Origin: the human T2T-CHM13v2.0 reference genome, Homo sapiens
Reading direction: 5' to 3' (one strand)
NCBI RefSeq assembly: GCF_009914755.1
Contig: NC_060939.1
Length of the DNA stretch: 64,000 bases
The notes under the pieces are model-generated. The model was not told where the DNA came from, did no database searches, and saw only the letters and a program-made list of their open reading frames with translations. Below, piece after piece: positions 26,376 through 42,266 of this stretch. How positions within the stretch are numbered: position 1 is the stretch's first letter; every line of letters starts with the position of its first letter. A program made the position numbers and the translations under genes.

Positions 26376-28654
26376 CTAGGGGCTATAACCAGAGACTCAG
26401 AAAAAAGAGAGAGGAAATGTTTCTTTTTCATTTTATCGATAGCAAATGTTTATTTACTTTCCTTTTTACTCAATAGAAAATGTGTTCCTAGGCACTAGGA
26501 ATTTATTACTTTCCCTCTGGTCCTTCACATTATATCTCATCTATTCTGTATCTGCAGTGTCCACTTGAGGGGGTTGGGGGGGGTGGTTTGGTTCAACTTT
26601 ACATCCATACTCATAAGACTCTCATAGACCACTTGGCATCAGTCTTCTCAGAAGGACATAGGACAGAAACCATGGCTTGCCAGCTGGGATGTGTCAAGTA
26701 CTGCATTTCGGCAGAAACCCCTATAGCAATTCAGGGGCTGGCTTCTGGATTTCCAATCCCCAGATGACAGCTCAGGTACAAAGAGCTTGAGAGGGTCCAC
26801 GTCAGGCAGGTGTGAGAGTCACCATGGCTTAAAAGCCTCACGTACCATAGGAACCAATATATCTGTAACAATTCCATAGGCATAGCTTTTGAGGACTCCA
26901 CAAAGGCAGCCCCAGCTACAAGAGTCGCTGCACTCCAAGAATATGCCCTTCTAAAATACGTATTGATAGTCTTCCCAGTCCACATGCAGGCTATCAATCA
27001 GGGATCATTTTCACCACAAGCAATGTACTCTGGTAACATGACTTACATACAGGTTGTATCAAGTAACCATGGGAACAAAACTGGAGAGTTAACTGAAGGT
27101 CAAATTCTCATGCAAAAGGAGTTTTAAAAAGTCATAACACTTACCCCACAGTAATCTTCAATGATGACAATTATTTAACTACTATGGCCTTGTTAGATAT
27201 ATCCGGAACCCCAATACCCTTCCAAATCCCAACTTCCACCTTTCTTAATAGTAGATCATCATCAAGAAATGGGAAGAATATGAGAACTATTTTTTGTTTA
27301 AAATAAGTTTCAACAGACCAAGGTTTGTTTCATTGATTTTAAGGAAGAAGAAACTAAGATAGGTGGAGTAAAACAATTTACCTTAGTGCCCTTTAAAAAG
27401 CCAGTGGCATGTCTAAAGTCTTGAGGCTGTAGGTATCTAACAGTGAAGTCCCACTTCTTTTTTGAGGAATTCTTTCTTACTGATCATGGCTTGTTCAAAC
27501 TGAAAAATACAGTTTTCAAATCCAATGGAAATTTTCATTTTATTGTTTTCATCTCCTGTTTGCAGAATGACGGGGGAATAGTGTGCTATTGTTTGAGAGT
27601 TATGTAGGCTCTGAAGACCCAGGATTAAACATTAGCTGTTGTACAAACATCATTATGTAGATGACATAAATTAAGATTGCATCTTTGGCTAAAAATAACT
27701 TATTTTCTATTATTTTTAGATTCTTTAGCTGAGAAAGAGATTACTGTTTCCTCCTAAAAAATTAAGTCTGTGAAGATTTGCAGAGACAGACTCATCCTAA
27801 GGTTGTACAGCCTTCTTTGAACTTCTGATGTATGTTAGTACATAGTATTCTCTATGGACCTGAGATCTTATGAAAGACCAGGCTATTATAAAACTTAAAA
27901 AAAAAAACTCCCTTATCATGTAATATGAAGAGGCATATAAGCTGAGATTTTGACTTTTTTTTTTTTTTTTAACATTTATCAGGCATCATGCGCTATGTCC
28001 CAAGTAATGCCGTGGGTGCCTACTGCTTTCATTTACTCTTTATGACTCTATAAAGCAAACATTGTCCTCATTTACAGAGAAGAAAGGTGTAAGAATTTAA
28101 ACTGAGTTAAGTGACTTCATGAAGATTGTTCATTCCAAACCTGAATCACTGTCTAATTTCTGTAATATTCAGAAATAAAGAGTATCGTGGATCCAGCTTA
28201 CATAAGGGTAAAGAAGGCATATTACTCCATGTAATTAGACTTCAGAAATGCCTGGGCACATCTCCATACCCCTCCCACAACTTTTCTACATCTGTCCTAT
28301 GACTGTCTGGCATTCCTAAGTTAGAAATATATATTTTGCTTAAATCAAACAGGAACTAGTAAAATGCAAATGCTTTGAGTGAGCCATAAAGCAGTGTTAA
28401 ATTTTTGTACAGCTAATATTTTACAATATAAATGAGAATATCATGTATTTTCTTCAAAGTAAGTTTCTAAAGGGATCTAAGGCAGATTATTATGTGCCTC
28501 TATATTGGGATAGAGGTACCCAGACATGGTAAGACTGGGGAGGAGGGGTGCAAAACATCTACTGCTTTAATTTGTGACAGTTTATCTGACTTTTCTTCTG
28601 CCTTTCCACCAGTCTGTGAGCACTGACATCAAGGACTTTTGTATAGCTCTGTAT

Positions 28655-28905
28655 AGCACAGTGCTTAATAAACTTGACCCTGGAGTCAGACTGCCTGGAC
28701 TGGTAATTCTGGCTCCAACACTTAGCTGTGTGACTGTGGGCAAATGACTTTACTGCTCTCTGCCTCAGTTTCTTCATCCTTCAAACTATACCCATCTCAT
28801 AGGATTATTATGAAGATTCAGTGACACAGGTTCAAAATTGTAATATGCTTTACAGCAGTTCCTAACACATCAGAAGTGCTATATTTAAGCAGTAGCATTT
28901 AGTAT
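28655..28905 (+). mobile_element. MIR SINE
   Basis: ctggagtcagactgcctgg...agctgtgtgactgtgggcaaatgac...tgcctcagtttcttcatc. Confidence 0.87.
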
Positions 28906-29942
28906 CAGCACAGGGTCATACCCATATTAGGTCCTCAGAAAATGTTGATTGGCTTAGTTAAGTTGCCCATGTGTACTGAATTAACTAATTGAATTTTTGA
29001 AAGCCTGGATGTAAGAATCAGGAGGATATTTGTGACTTTTAAAAGTAAAATATTAAGGAGAGTCAGAGGGAGTTAGATAAAAAGTGTTAGTGAGTGGATG
29101 TTTTAAACAATGAATCAGTGGGATATAAGCTTTAATTGTTACTAATTTTTATTTTAATTCTGATGTGCTCAGAAAACATTCTGTGTATCACTCCAATCTT
29201 TTTCAATGTATGGAGACTTATTTTATGGCCCAGCATATGGTCTATGTTGGTGAATGTTTCAGGTGTCTTGAAAACATGGTGTGTCCTGTAGTTGTTGGAT
29301 GTAGGTTTTATGGATGTCAAGATGGTCAAAAGGGGTGTTCAAATCTTCTATGTCCTTACTGAAATGTGTCTGCTGTTTTATCAATTATTGAGAGAAAGGT
29401 ATTAAAAACTATGAGGATTTGTCTCTCTTTAGTTCTGTCACTTTTGTTTCATGTATGTTAAAGCTCTGTTATTAGGTGCATGTGTATTCAGAATTTTTGT
29501 TTTTCATGATGAATTGATCCTTTTGTCATTATCAAATTGTCCTATTTGTCCTTGGTCTTATAGTATGCTTTGACTCATGCTAGTGTAGCCATAAGCTTTC
29601 TTATGCTTACTGTTTATATGGTACATCTTTTTCATCAGTTTTTTACCTTATGTATGTATTTATATCTTTATATTTAAAATGTATCCCTTATAAACAACAT
29701 ATAGGTAAGTACTGTTTTCCTACCCCATTTTACAATCTCTGGTGTTTAATTGGAATGTTTTATTCATTTACATTTATTGTAATAATTAGATACTCAGGTT
29801 TTAGTCTACCTTCATGCTATTCTTTTGTCTCCTCTGGATTTTGTTCTTTTGTTTCTCCTTTTTTGCCTTTAAATAAAGTAAAGTTATGACATTTTATCTT
29901 CTCTGTTGGCTTTTTAGCTCTACCTCTTAGTATTATTTTTGA

Positions 29943-30249
<307 letters not shown>

Positions 30250-30554
30250 TGAATACTTTTTTTTTTTTTTTAGTAATTAAAATATAAATCGTTAACTTAT
30301 CACAGTTTTCCTTGCATTCATATTTATACAAATTCCCTTATATCTTTTGTGCTATTATTGTCAGAGATTTTATTTCTACCCATTTAAAATGTGTAACACA
30401 TTTTTATTTTTGTTTCAAAATGTCAATAGTCTTTTAAAGAAATAAAAGGGAAGAAAAACCTTTTATAAAATTAATGTATTTGCCATTTTCAGTGCTCTTT
30501 TTTTCTCTCCTCTAGATCCAGATTTCTATCTGGTAGCATTTTCCTTCAACCTGA

Positions 30555-31187
<633 letters not shown>

Positions 31188-32818
31188 TAGCAATCTGAAT
31201 GATGTGTTTGAGGGTAGTTTTCTTTAAATTTATCTTGCCTGGATTTTGATGAGCTGAGCTTTATGGATCTTTTGGTTGTTGTTTTTCATTAAGTATAGAA
31301 TTTGGGGGACATTATTTCTTAAAATATTTTATGTGCCATATTTACTCTCTCCTGGGACTCCAACTGCTTATATGTTAGATTGTTTTATATTGTTCCACAG
31401 GTCACTATGACTCTATCCATTTTTTCTTCAACTATTTTTTTATCTATGCATCTGCCTGAATACTTTCCATTGACCTATTTTATATTTATTTATTCCCTTT
31501 TTTAATGTACATGTGCTATTAACCCCCTCTAATGAATTTATTTCAGGCTTTTATTTTTAAATTCTAAAGTTTGCAGTTGTTTATTTCTAAGGTTTCTGTT
31601 TATTTTCTAAGATTCTTCTTTCTCCTCCATTATTCTTTCTCCCCTTCCATTATCTCTCTCTTCTCCCATTATTCCCATTTTTTTGGTAAATTCATTAATA
31701 AATTTATAATCATTATTTAAATCCTTGACTACCAATTCAACGTCTTGAATGTCTGTAGGTCTGCTTCTAATGACTGACTTTGCTCTTGGTTATAAGTCAC
31801 ATTTTCCTATTTCCTTTAATATTTAGTATTTTTAAATTTTATACTGAACATTGTAGATGATATTTTATAGTTATTCTGATTTCTGTTGTCTGCCCCCTGA
31901 GGAATATTGTATTTTGTTGTAGCTGGCAGTTAAATTACTAGTGTGTCTCCTTCATCTTGTGCCAGCTTGCTCCATTTAAATTTTGCCCTTAGTTCTAAGG
32001 TGCTGTTCCTGGTCTCCAGATGTAGTCTTTTGGGATTTTAATGAAAAGCCTGCAGTATTTTCTAAACACCTCTAAATAGCCAGACTTGAAAACCAAATTT
32101 TGCCATTCCAGAAATAAGTAGCTGTTGAAACTTTTGCTTATTCTAAGCATTTTAGCTGTTGCTTTCTAGCAATGCTGTCTTATATAGCTTATGAGTTGGC
32201 AAACAAATTGAGGGGAATTTGTATACTGATCTTGGGTTTTATTAATCTATGGTGGTTTCCTTGTTCCTAACATTTCTCCTCTTCTATTTCCAGACATTCT
32301 GGTAGCCCCAGACTCAGGTCTCTTACTTCCTAGAAGCCTTTTTCTTGACATCTATTCCCCATGGATCCTATGAACAGGAGAGTACCCTTAGAAGAAAATT
32401 TAATTAAATGTTTATAGTACCTGATTGGCTTCTCATCTTTAAAAAGTAATATTCCTTTCAGTTCTAGATTGCTCCCTGGTGCCTTCAAATAGTTATTTAT
32501 TTAAATATTTATCCAGAATGTATCATTGTTATTGGCAAGAGGATTATTTTGCTATAGGTAGTTCCACCATTACCTGAACCAGAACCTCATCAATGAGTAT
32601 TCATTGCTCTTTAAAAGAAGTTGAGTGTTTAAATGAAGAAGAGAAAAAAAAAATGACGGTTGAAGTAGAATTGAAGTCTTATAAAGAAAAAGTTTTAAGG
32701 TTGTAAAGAAAAAGTTTTCATAAGAGACACAAGCATGTTTCTAGGAAGAGAAGGGCCCTAGAAAAGGAAAGAGAAGGTTCCAAAAGATAGAACTATAGGC
32801 ATATGCAAAAGATAGAAC

Positions 32819-32926
32819 TTTCTTTGGCATATGCCAAAGCTTCACTCAATTTAATTTCCTCTCTAATAGATGGCACTACTAGAGAGGGAATTAAATTGAG
32901 TATGGTTTTGGCATATGCAAAAGAAA
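32819..32926. repeat. Long inverted repeat/hairpin (51-bp arms, 6-nt loop), MITE-like
   Basis: Arms 32819-32869 and 32876-32926 are complementary at 44/51 positions. Loop atggca. Confidence 0.92.
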
Positions 32927-34611
32927 AGATAGGTGATGAGGGCACAGATTTTGAAGTAGCAAGGATGGGAGCTGAACATGTATAGGGACTTATTGCTGAA
33001 GGAAAACATAGACTTGTGATCATTGTATAGATTCCTCATGTGAATAGGAGATGAATAGGCTTGGATTACATTGAATTCAGGTATGGGTAACAGAATTCAT
33101 GGAGTGGCAAAGGGATCAAGGTAGGAGGAGTCAAGTATGATGCTAGAGTTATAGGTTTTAGCTGCCTGTAACTGGCTGACATATCATTGAGTGAAATAGG
33201 GCATATATTGGAGGAGGGATAAAGGAAGACAGAGGGAGGAGATGGAATTTATGAACTAAATTTTAGTCATGTGGAATTCAAAAAGCCTGTAAGACATCCA
33301 ACAGAAAATTTTGGTAGGCATCTGTATATATGACTTAAGAGTTCAAAAGAGAGGTTGGGATGGAAGTAATGTTCAGGAGTTACTGGCTTAAGTAACTCCT
33401 TAGTAAAGGAGTTGGTAAATCACACTATGAGAGTGAATACAGAAAATGTTTATTAAAAAGAGAGGAGGGCCTGGGAAATGTCAATAATTAAAAATGAATG
33501 GAGAAATAAACGATAAGAAGGAACATCCTGAGAGATCAGAAAAGAAATAGGCATGTGTGTCATAGAAGTCACAGAAATCAAGAGAAGAATATCAAGAAGG
33601 AATATAGTCATAGGGTAGAATACCACTTGGAGAAGATGGCATGTCCATTAGATAAAGTGACATGGAGGCCAGTGACAACCTTGGAGGGAGCTCTTTCAAT
33701 GGCATGTGGTGAGGACAGAAGCCAATTTAGAGAACTTGAGCAATAAGAAGAAAGTAAGAAAATAAAGACAACCAATGAGGCATCTCTGAAAGAGAATGAT
33801 GGCAGGATAGGGTCTTAGAATGGAAGGATTTTTGAAATAGGAAAGACTTCAGAATGTTTAAATGCTGAGGGGAAGATATATGTGGAAAAGAGAAGAGAGG
33901 AGATACAGGAGAGTGAAGAGGTGGTCAGTGTGCAAAATTGCCGATACGGTGGAAAGGCCTGGCGTTAAGAACAGAGACAAGGAACTGACTTTCAGATAAA
34001 TGAGGAACTCATGTTTCATTGAATAGGAAGGAAAACGTCAAGGATGAGGGTGGATCTGTAGGTTTTTGTGCAGAAAGTTTTGGAGAGGGAGCTGCCTAGA
34101 GAAGAATAATGGCATTTCCAAATAGTGTGAGAGCATAGGGTTGAAGACCACTTGAGGATGACGACCATGAATTTTTAGTGCTACGCATTTTCTAGATTGT
34201 GTCACTCTCTGCAGCAGTCCCAGCACAGGCATGAAGAAAGTGGATTGTTAAATTCAGCCAGGATCAAAGTGTTGCCAGGCAAGTATGATAAACAACAAAG
34301 GGGCAAAAGAGTTGAGGAGATTGGACCATGGAGTCTTGGAATTTAAGTTGAATGAGGAAGGAACAAAAGATAGGAGTGAAAATGTATAAAGGATATAAAT
34401 AGTAGGGAGAGTAGTTTAATGAGTGAGCGAGCAAGTTGGAAGATGAGTACATGGTTAGACAGTGGCCTGTCTCAGTCAGAGGTCTCAGAGTAGAGGAGTT
34501 TCATAGAAACAACCCCTAGGTGTATGACCATGAGAGGGTGTGACTGACTTGGAGCGTGGAAGATCGTTGATAAAGAGGAAGCCAAATAACTGAGGAGTTG
34601 TAAGATGGAAT

Positions 34612-35030
34612 ATTCATTCATTAGTAGGGCTACTGTAACAAATTACCACAATCTAGATGGCTGAAAACAACAAATTATTCTCTTGCAGTTCTGGAGGCTA
34701 GAATTGGAAATCAAGGTGTTATCAGGGCCATGCTCCTTCCAAAGTCTCTAGGGCAGGATACTTCCTTGCCCATTCCATTTTCTGGTAGCTTTAGGCATTC
34801 TTTGGTTTGTGGAAGCATAACCCCAGTCTCTGCCTCCATCTTTACGTGGCTTTTTTCTCTATGCACGTCTTTGCCTGTACATAGCATTTTGTTGTTCGTA
34901 TAAAGGACATCAATCACCTTGTAAGAGGGCCTCCATCTCAACTTGATTATATCTGATAAGGTCATATTCACAGGTACAGGGGGTTAGGAATTCAACATAC
35001 CTTTTGCGGGGACACAAAACCATATATCAG
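34612..35030 (-). mobile_element. MLT1 (MaLR) solo LTR
   Basis: agggctactgtaacaaattaccacaa...cagttctggaggctagaa...aaatcaaggtgtt..cagggccatgctcc...ggttaggaattcaacatac. Confidence 0.88.
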
Positions 35031-35338
35031 TATGAATGTTCAAATCACTAGGAGCAGAAATGAAGAGAAGACAGATTTCAGTAAAGGAATAATAGGTCAA
35101 AGTACACAAACATCAAAGAGGAGGGGAGTAGAGGGTGATGTTGCCAGGTTTGCAAATCTTAGAGTTAACAGTTTGTAGAAGAATAATGATCTAAAACCAG
35201 TGCTGAGCAGCAGAAGTGCATAGGCCCCACCTTGTGAGCCTGAGTTATTTGGTGAGAGAATGAGTATCCTGTGATTAGGAAGTCCCCAAGAGAAGCAGGG
35301 TCCTTTGGGAGGACCTGAGTTTCATTTGTTCAGGCTCA

Positions 35339-35972
<634 letters not shown>

Positions 35973-37035
35973 TTATCTTAGCTACCAGAGTGCCTGTTTA
36001 CAAGTACAAGCCTTGCTGCCCAACATTTTGGGTGAACAGAGTTCACTAAGAATGTTCAATCTTATGCACATATGGTGGGCTGGCCCTGTGGTGAGGTTCT
36101 ATGGGGACCATGGTGGGCACTATGCATTGAGAAACTAGCCTTCATCAGGCCGTTGTTCCTGTTGTGCCAGGGATTATTGCTGTCACATGCAGGCAGAACA
36201 AAAAGGGTCATTTCATATTCATCCATATGCAACTTCAAGGTGAAGGGTTGGGATGCAATCCTAACTATGTTCAGATTCTGAAAAACATGGCTCCACATTC
36301 CAGTTCTTCGTGATTGGCAGCTGAACTGTTTTCTTTCAGGAAATTATCTTCCTGTTTCTACATCCACATTGCTCCTCACGTTCTGCTATTTCTAACAGTC
36401 AAGGAATGGAGAAGGGAAATAGATATCTAAAGAAATAGCATAGAAGTCAAGTGCAACACATGTCAAGTTTATTAATGTATTTGTCATTTGTTGAACCCAT
36501 AGTAGAAAAGAAAAAAACATCCACCTTTTAACTCTGAGATCTCTCCTCATCTATATTGTCCTCCTTCCTACTTGAGTTATTAATGCTGTCTTGATAACTT
36601 ATCTGCTTGAGGCAATACCAAACCCCTCTTCTTATTTAAAGGCAATCTGTACCTTAGTGGTGGGAATCTTCACAAAGAATTTATTCAGTGTGTAAAGTAG
36701 CACCATAAGTCTGCTGTTCATTTGTCATTTACTTGCTCACAGCAGGCCAGTGGCCCCAGGTGAATTATGAATAGGTATTCATACATAGGCACCTCTGTCA
36801 CGCTTAGTACTTTGCTCTTTAGACCTAATAGCTGCTATTTTGGTCTCGATTAGCAGTATTTTTTTTCTTCCTCCGCCGACTCCTGAACTTACTAATTAGA
36901 TCACAGTCTTGCCTTTTTTTTTTTTTTTTCTGTGATTAGAACATCTCTTTTCTAGGTGTTGTTTTTACATGGAAGAAGAAATAAAATGGTATATTGTGTT
37001 TGTGTTAGAACTTGACTTTTAAGAACCCAAGTCAT

Positions 37036-37340
37036 GGCCGGGCATGGTGGCTGATGCCTGTAATCCCAGCACTTGGGAGGACAAGGCGGGCAGATCACAA
37101 GGTCAGGAGATCGAGACCATCCTGGCTAACATGGTGAAACCCCGTCTCTACTAAAAATACAAAAAATTAGCCAGGCATGGTGACACGTGCCTATAGTTCC
37201 AGCTATTCGGGAGGCTGAGGCAGGTAATCGCTTGAACCCAGGAGGCGGGGGTTGCAGTGAGCCGAGACTGCACTACTGCACTCCAGCCTGAGCAACCGAG
37301 CGAGACTCTATCTCAAAAAACAAACAAACAAACAAACAAA
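37036..37340 (+). mobile_element. AluSc-like with (CAAA)n tail
   Basis: Full Alu. TSD aacccaagtcat at 37024-37035 and 37341-37352. Confidence 0.95.
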
Positions 37341-37671
37341 AACCCAAGTCATGTTACATCTGTCATCTTGATTCTTCATGGATATTTTCAAACCAGGAGG
37401 TAAAACCTAAGTCATGGTTATGACCTTTTGTGTTGTATTTTGAAGTTATGTGCATGCTCATAATTCACAAATCATACTACTGTTTTGGGTAGTGATTCAA
37501 GAGATCTGGCTTTGCTCTCCTTCTAACTTGCTGTAAAATGTTATGCAAAATGACCTCTCAGGCCTGAATTTTGCTACCTGTCACATGAGGAAATATTTTA
37601 TGAAGGAAATGCCTACAATTTTTTTTAGAAATTAAGATTTTCAGACATTTACATCGACAGCTTTATGTTCC

Positions 37672-38390
37672 TTATTTTTTTAACTTTTAAGTTCAGGGGT
37701 ACACTTGAAGGTTTGTTACATAGGTAAACTTGTGTCACAAGGGTTTGTTGTACAGAGTATTTCATCATCCAGGTATTAAGCCCAGTGCCCAGTAGTTATT
37801 TTTTCTGCTCCTCTCCCTCCTCCCACCTTTCGCCCTCAAGTAGACCCATGTCTGTTGTTTCCTTCTTTGTGCTCATAAGCTCTCACCATTTAGCTCCCAC
37901 TTTTAAGTGAGAACATCAAGTATTTGATTTGCTTTTCCTGCATTAGTTTACTGAGGATATTAGCCTCCAGCTCCATCCATGTTCCCACAAAAGACGTAAC
38001 ATCGCTCTTTTTTATGGCTGCATAGTATTCCATGGTGTATGAGTACCACATTTTCTTTATCCAATCTGCCATTGGTGAGCATTTAGGTTGATTCCATATC
38101 TTTACTATTGTGAATAGTGCTACAATGAATATTCATGTGGAATAGAACATTCTAGAATGATTTCTATTCCTCTAGGTATGTACCCAGTAATGGGATTGCT
38201 GGGTCGAATGGTGGTTCTGCTTTTAGCTGAGACATCACCATGCTGCTTTCCACAACAGTTGAACTAATTTATACTACCACCAACGGTGTGTAAGTATTCC
38301 TCTTTCTCTGCACCCTCACCAGCATCTGTTGTTTTTCAACTTTTTAATAATGGCCGTTCTGACTGAGATGGTGAGATGGAACCTCATTTG
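37672..38390 (-). mobile_element. L1PA (older, PA13-16-like) 3' end
   Basis: aacttttaagttcaggggtaca...ggtttgttacataggtaaac. Minus ORF WIKKMWYSYTMEYYAAIKK is the L1 ORF2 C-terminus. Confidence 0.93.
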
Positions 38391-39419
38391 CCCATTCATT
38401 CAAGTTTCATTCTTTTTAAATAATGACCTGACCAAACTCTATGAACTGAACCATTTTGAACCATTTGCAAACAAAAAACTTTTTTATTCTTAACTTCCTG
38501 ACAATAGAGCAAATAGTTGATTTTTAAATAATTTATTAACAAAACACCCTTGGGAATTTGTTTTTCTTCATCTAAATTATTTCAGGGAATGATTACAAAG
38601 TGTTCCTAACTCAAGGCATTCCAGGATTTTGCTGCTTTCTCTATAAGAATGTCTTCAAATCACTTTTCTTCCATTTAACTGAGCTTTATCCAAAGCTTTT
38701 AGAGGATGAGAACAATTGGTACAAGAAAGCTGTTTGTAAGCCTCTCTCAAACAGCTGCCTTTGGGCCACTGAGCAGTTGACAAAATTAAGAAACTCTTGA
38801 CCTAATGCTCTGTTTCTTCTTGGAGCATTTTCATGAAGGATCTTTGCTCTAAGCCCTACTTTAATACTTCACTGTACATCCCAAGATATTTCTACTTCAA
38901 AATAGAACAGAATATCATCTCTTTGGGGTGGTTCAGGTGCACTACTGCCTAATAGTACTGAGGGTGGAATAATTGATCTCAGCCTCACCTCTTCAATTCC
39001 AAGAGTAGTCACTTCAGACTTGAAATTTGAATTATTACCCTAATAAGCCATGGCATTTAGGTTCAAACAATTTAACTTCTTTTACCTAAAGATGAAGAGA
39101 GCTTTTAGAATTTAATACAAGCTGTGAAATGGAGTGAACAGAGGAAGGCTTAATATTATCCTTCAGAAAATTTCAAGTAAACAGCTAAAGAGTATTACTC
39201 TTGTTAAAAAAAAAAAAAAAAAGAGTCAAGAAAGATGAGAACTTTTTGATGTTTATGAGAATTTTTACAACCTTCTCTGGTCAATTTTTGACTTGAAAAA
39301 TGAGCCCTGTGGTTTTGCTCACTACTCAATTTCCTTGGCAAATTGTGTCAAGAATGCTTCTCCATAAAGATAAGCCTGGCCAGTATCCATGGGGCTTGGC
39401 ACGGAGTTCTCTTTGAAGG

Positions 39420-39560
39420 GTGGTGGTTCCCATCTTGAATGAACATATCCATCAGTTCTCATTTTTGTATTGAATGGGGCCAGGAACTAGCTTTTTTTAA
39501 AAAAATAAACTGCCAACAATTCTTATGCAGGTGGTCTACAGCCTGCACTTTGAGAAATTG
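39420..39560. mobile_element. MER5-like DNA transposon remnant
   Basis: gtggttccca...tggggccaggaa...attcttatgcaggtggtc...cactttgagaaattg. Confidence 0.5.
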
Positions 39561-42266
39561 TTGGTGGGGCTGAATTTGCAGTCATTGACCTTATACACCA
39601 GTTTCGTCATTTGACTAATATCTTCAGTGACAAAGGAGCTAGCTACTTAGCCAGGTTAGGAGTGCTGGTGTCATCACAAAATAAAGCAAAGCTATGATCT
39701 CGACTTCATTAGCAGCACATTCAAACTTACCCACATTCTGTCCTAGGTTTCCGGTTGCTATAGTAATAGATAGACTTGCTTCCTTTCCAAAATATACAAG
39801 TTTAATAGGCAGCCAAACATGGCTTTCATCTGTGTCTAGTTCACTAAGAACATAAGGATGAATGCCACAGGAAAGCAAGTGGCTAATCTGAAGCATTTAT
39901 CTTCATGGGGTCTGACAGACCTTGCTTAGGTCGCTGTGAGCAAGGACTTTGCTTTTTGAGGTGTGGCATTGCTCCATCAGTTTCTATCAATGCATTCATT
40001 CTGCCTAGTGTTGCCAAGTGAACTCAACCATTATGTATTGGAGATAACTCTTAGTTATCCAGGAGGGAAAAAGAAAGGCCATAATTTGTCATGCAGCACC
40101 CCTTCCCTGTCTTCATTGTTGATGCAGAACCTCAGTAACCCTGGTTAATTACTCAGCAAAGCGGAGGAAGGGAGCTCAAGATGAAAGCCCAGTCATGTGA
40201 ACTTGGATGGTTGGACAGATGTAGCATTAGACGTGGTATTTCCTGGCCAGTCCCCCCAGATACTGAGTGATGGGTTGAATTCAAGTAGGAGGAGACTGAG
40301 TCTCCTAATGGTTTCCCTGTGTTTATCAGAGACAGCTCATGCCCTGGGTGAAAGATGTCAATGACTTCAACCAGGAAAGATTTGGGGAGAAGGAGATCCA
40401 ATAGATCACCACAGTTCAATGAACACTTTCATTTTACCCAACCTCCATACTTACAGTTCTTCCTGGTAAGGATGACATGATTGAAGAAGATATGGCCTGA
40501 GGAGGGGATAGGTCTTTCTATTACCATTCTATTCAAAAACTGATAAGTGAACATTTTAACTCCTGCAGGATCTGACTGGCAGTGCTAAATCCATGCCCAG
40601 TGTATATATTTTTAAGTGTCTGTGATGAGTGTTACGTGCTTTCTTGCAGTGGGGATGTATAGTACAAATCCTTGCAGATGTAAACATCTAGTGGTGGTGG
40701 TTCAGCTCAGGTAGTATGAGACAGTTGGAGGGGATGGGATCTAGTTCTCTGTGGAGAGATACAAGAACTTTTTCCATTTTGGAGAAAAATATTTATAACA
40801 TTTATTTCCACAAAGGTTTTTGAAAAGGTATTTTCCACAAACATTTTTGAATATCTGTCCATGTACTGCTGCTAATTATTTTTTAAATCTAGAATTTGGT
40901 TTCTAGAGATATTATTTCTCTCAAAGCAAAAAAAAAAAAATGCCATGTAGGAGCAAAAAATAAAAACTACATGTCCACATTGGAATTTGGATTCAGTTTG
41001 AGAGTAGGAAGAAGGCATTGGGGAAAAATCTCAAAAACATTTGGAAGCCGAGCTGTTTTCCTTGGCTTTCATTGCCCTGAGCTTTGTGTTCACTTCCCAT
41101 CCTGGGTCCATGAACTGCATGCAGCTAATACTGCAGTCAAGGCAGGACCCAGTACGCTAGAGGTGCTCCCAAAGTGATAAATGATGCTGATGCCGATTGC
41201 ACCTGAGGAGACAGCCCCACCTCTGGCTACTCTGTCTCTGTTCTGTCTGTCAGCCTTCAGTTCCAGTTTGGCATTTCCTCAGCTCTCGTGGGCGCTTAAC
41301 AATGCTTTTCTCAGTGTTCCGCTTCCTGTCATGCAATGAAAAGGCCAAGAGACACAGATTCTCCCATCCTGCAGCTGCTGGATACCACTGCCTTGGTAAT
41401 AGAGAACAGCCTCTCCATGGTTTGTAAATTCTGTAGCAACTATATCATCATTCCAGAGGGAGGAGGGTGTAAGTGGAATGGGAAAGGAATACATGGGAGA
41501 GGCAAAGCTCATTTGTGTTCTTCCCACCAAAAGTACAGTGAAACAAAATTTGAGACAAAAACCTGAACATTAGCTCGAGACTTAGACCTTCCTTCTCCCC
41601 TCTCCCCTCAATCTTCACCCCATCTCTCTGTGTTTCTGCCGATCCTACCTCATCTTAGCTGCACCATCATGTACCCTGCCTTCCTCCCCCTGCCGATGCT
41701 TACATCCCTAACTTATCGATGGGACACTGTGGTTGATTTTTATCTCCTGTTTGACATTCTGCCTTTTCTCTCTCCTGGCCTCTGCTATTTTTCTGATATG
41801 CAAGCTCTTTGGAATAACATCTTCATGGTTTCTCATCACAGCATCCATTGAAAGCTAGAATTCCAGGGATTGTTACGTTCCCATTAAGTTTCCACAGCTC
41901 ATTGTAGTACCTGTGCTACTCATTAAGTGGTTGCTTATTTATGGCTGTATATTTTTATGACCATATAAAGAGTCAGTGTTTCAGGTATTTCTGTCCATCA
42001 ACAGTAGGTATTAGTTGCTACTCATCAACACAACTTGTTTTTCCAGGTGCAAGGGTTCCAACTTTTCACCTATTGGCACCTTAGCTCTGTAACATGCCGA
42101 CCATGTGCTGCCAGGCAGAGGGAAAAACTGGAATATGAAATTTTGCCAGTCCTGCTCAGGAGTTTCTTGGCTCACCGTATTTCTGCATTAATCCTTCCAG
42201 AACAAGCTTATACATATCTGTTTTAGCTCTTGTGAGAAATCTCTGAGCACCACCAAAAGAATAATT

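Noticed and set aside
35990-36300. GC-balanced stretch with three overlapping short ORFs (possible pseudogene or ancient repeat)
   Set aside because: I could not recognise any protein or repeat family. BLAST or Dfam would be needed.
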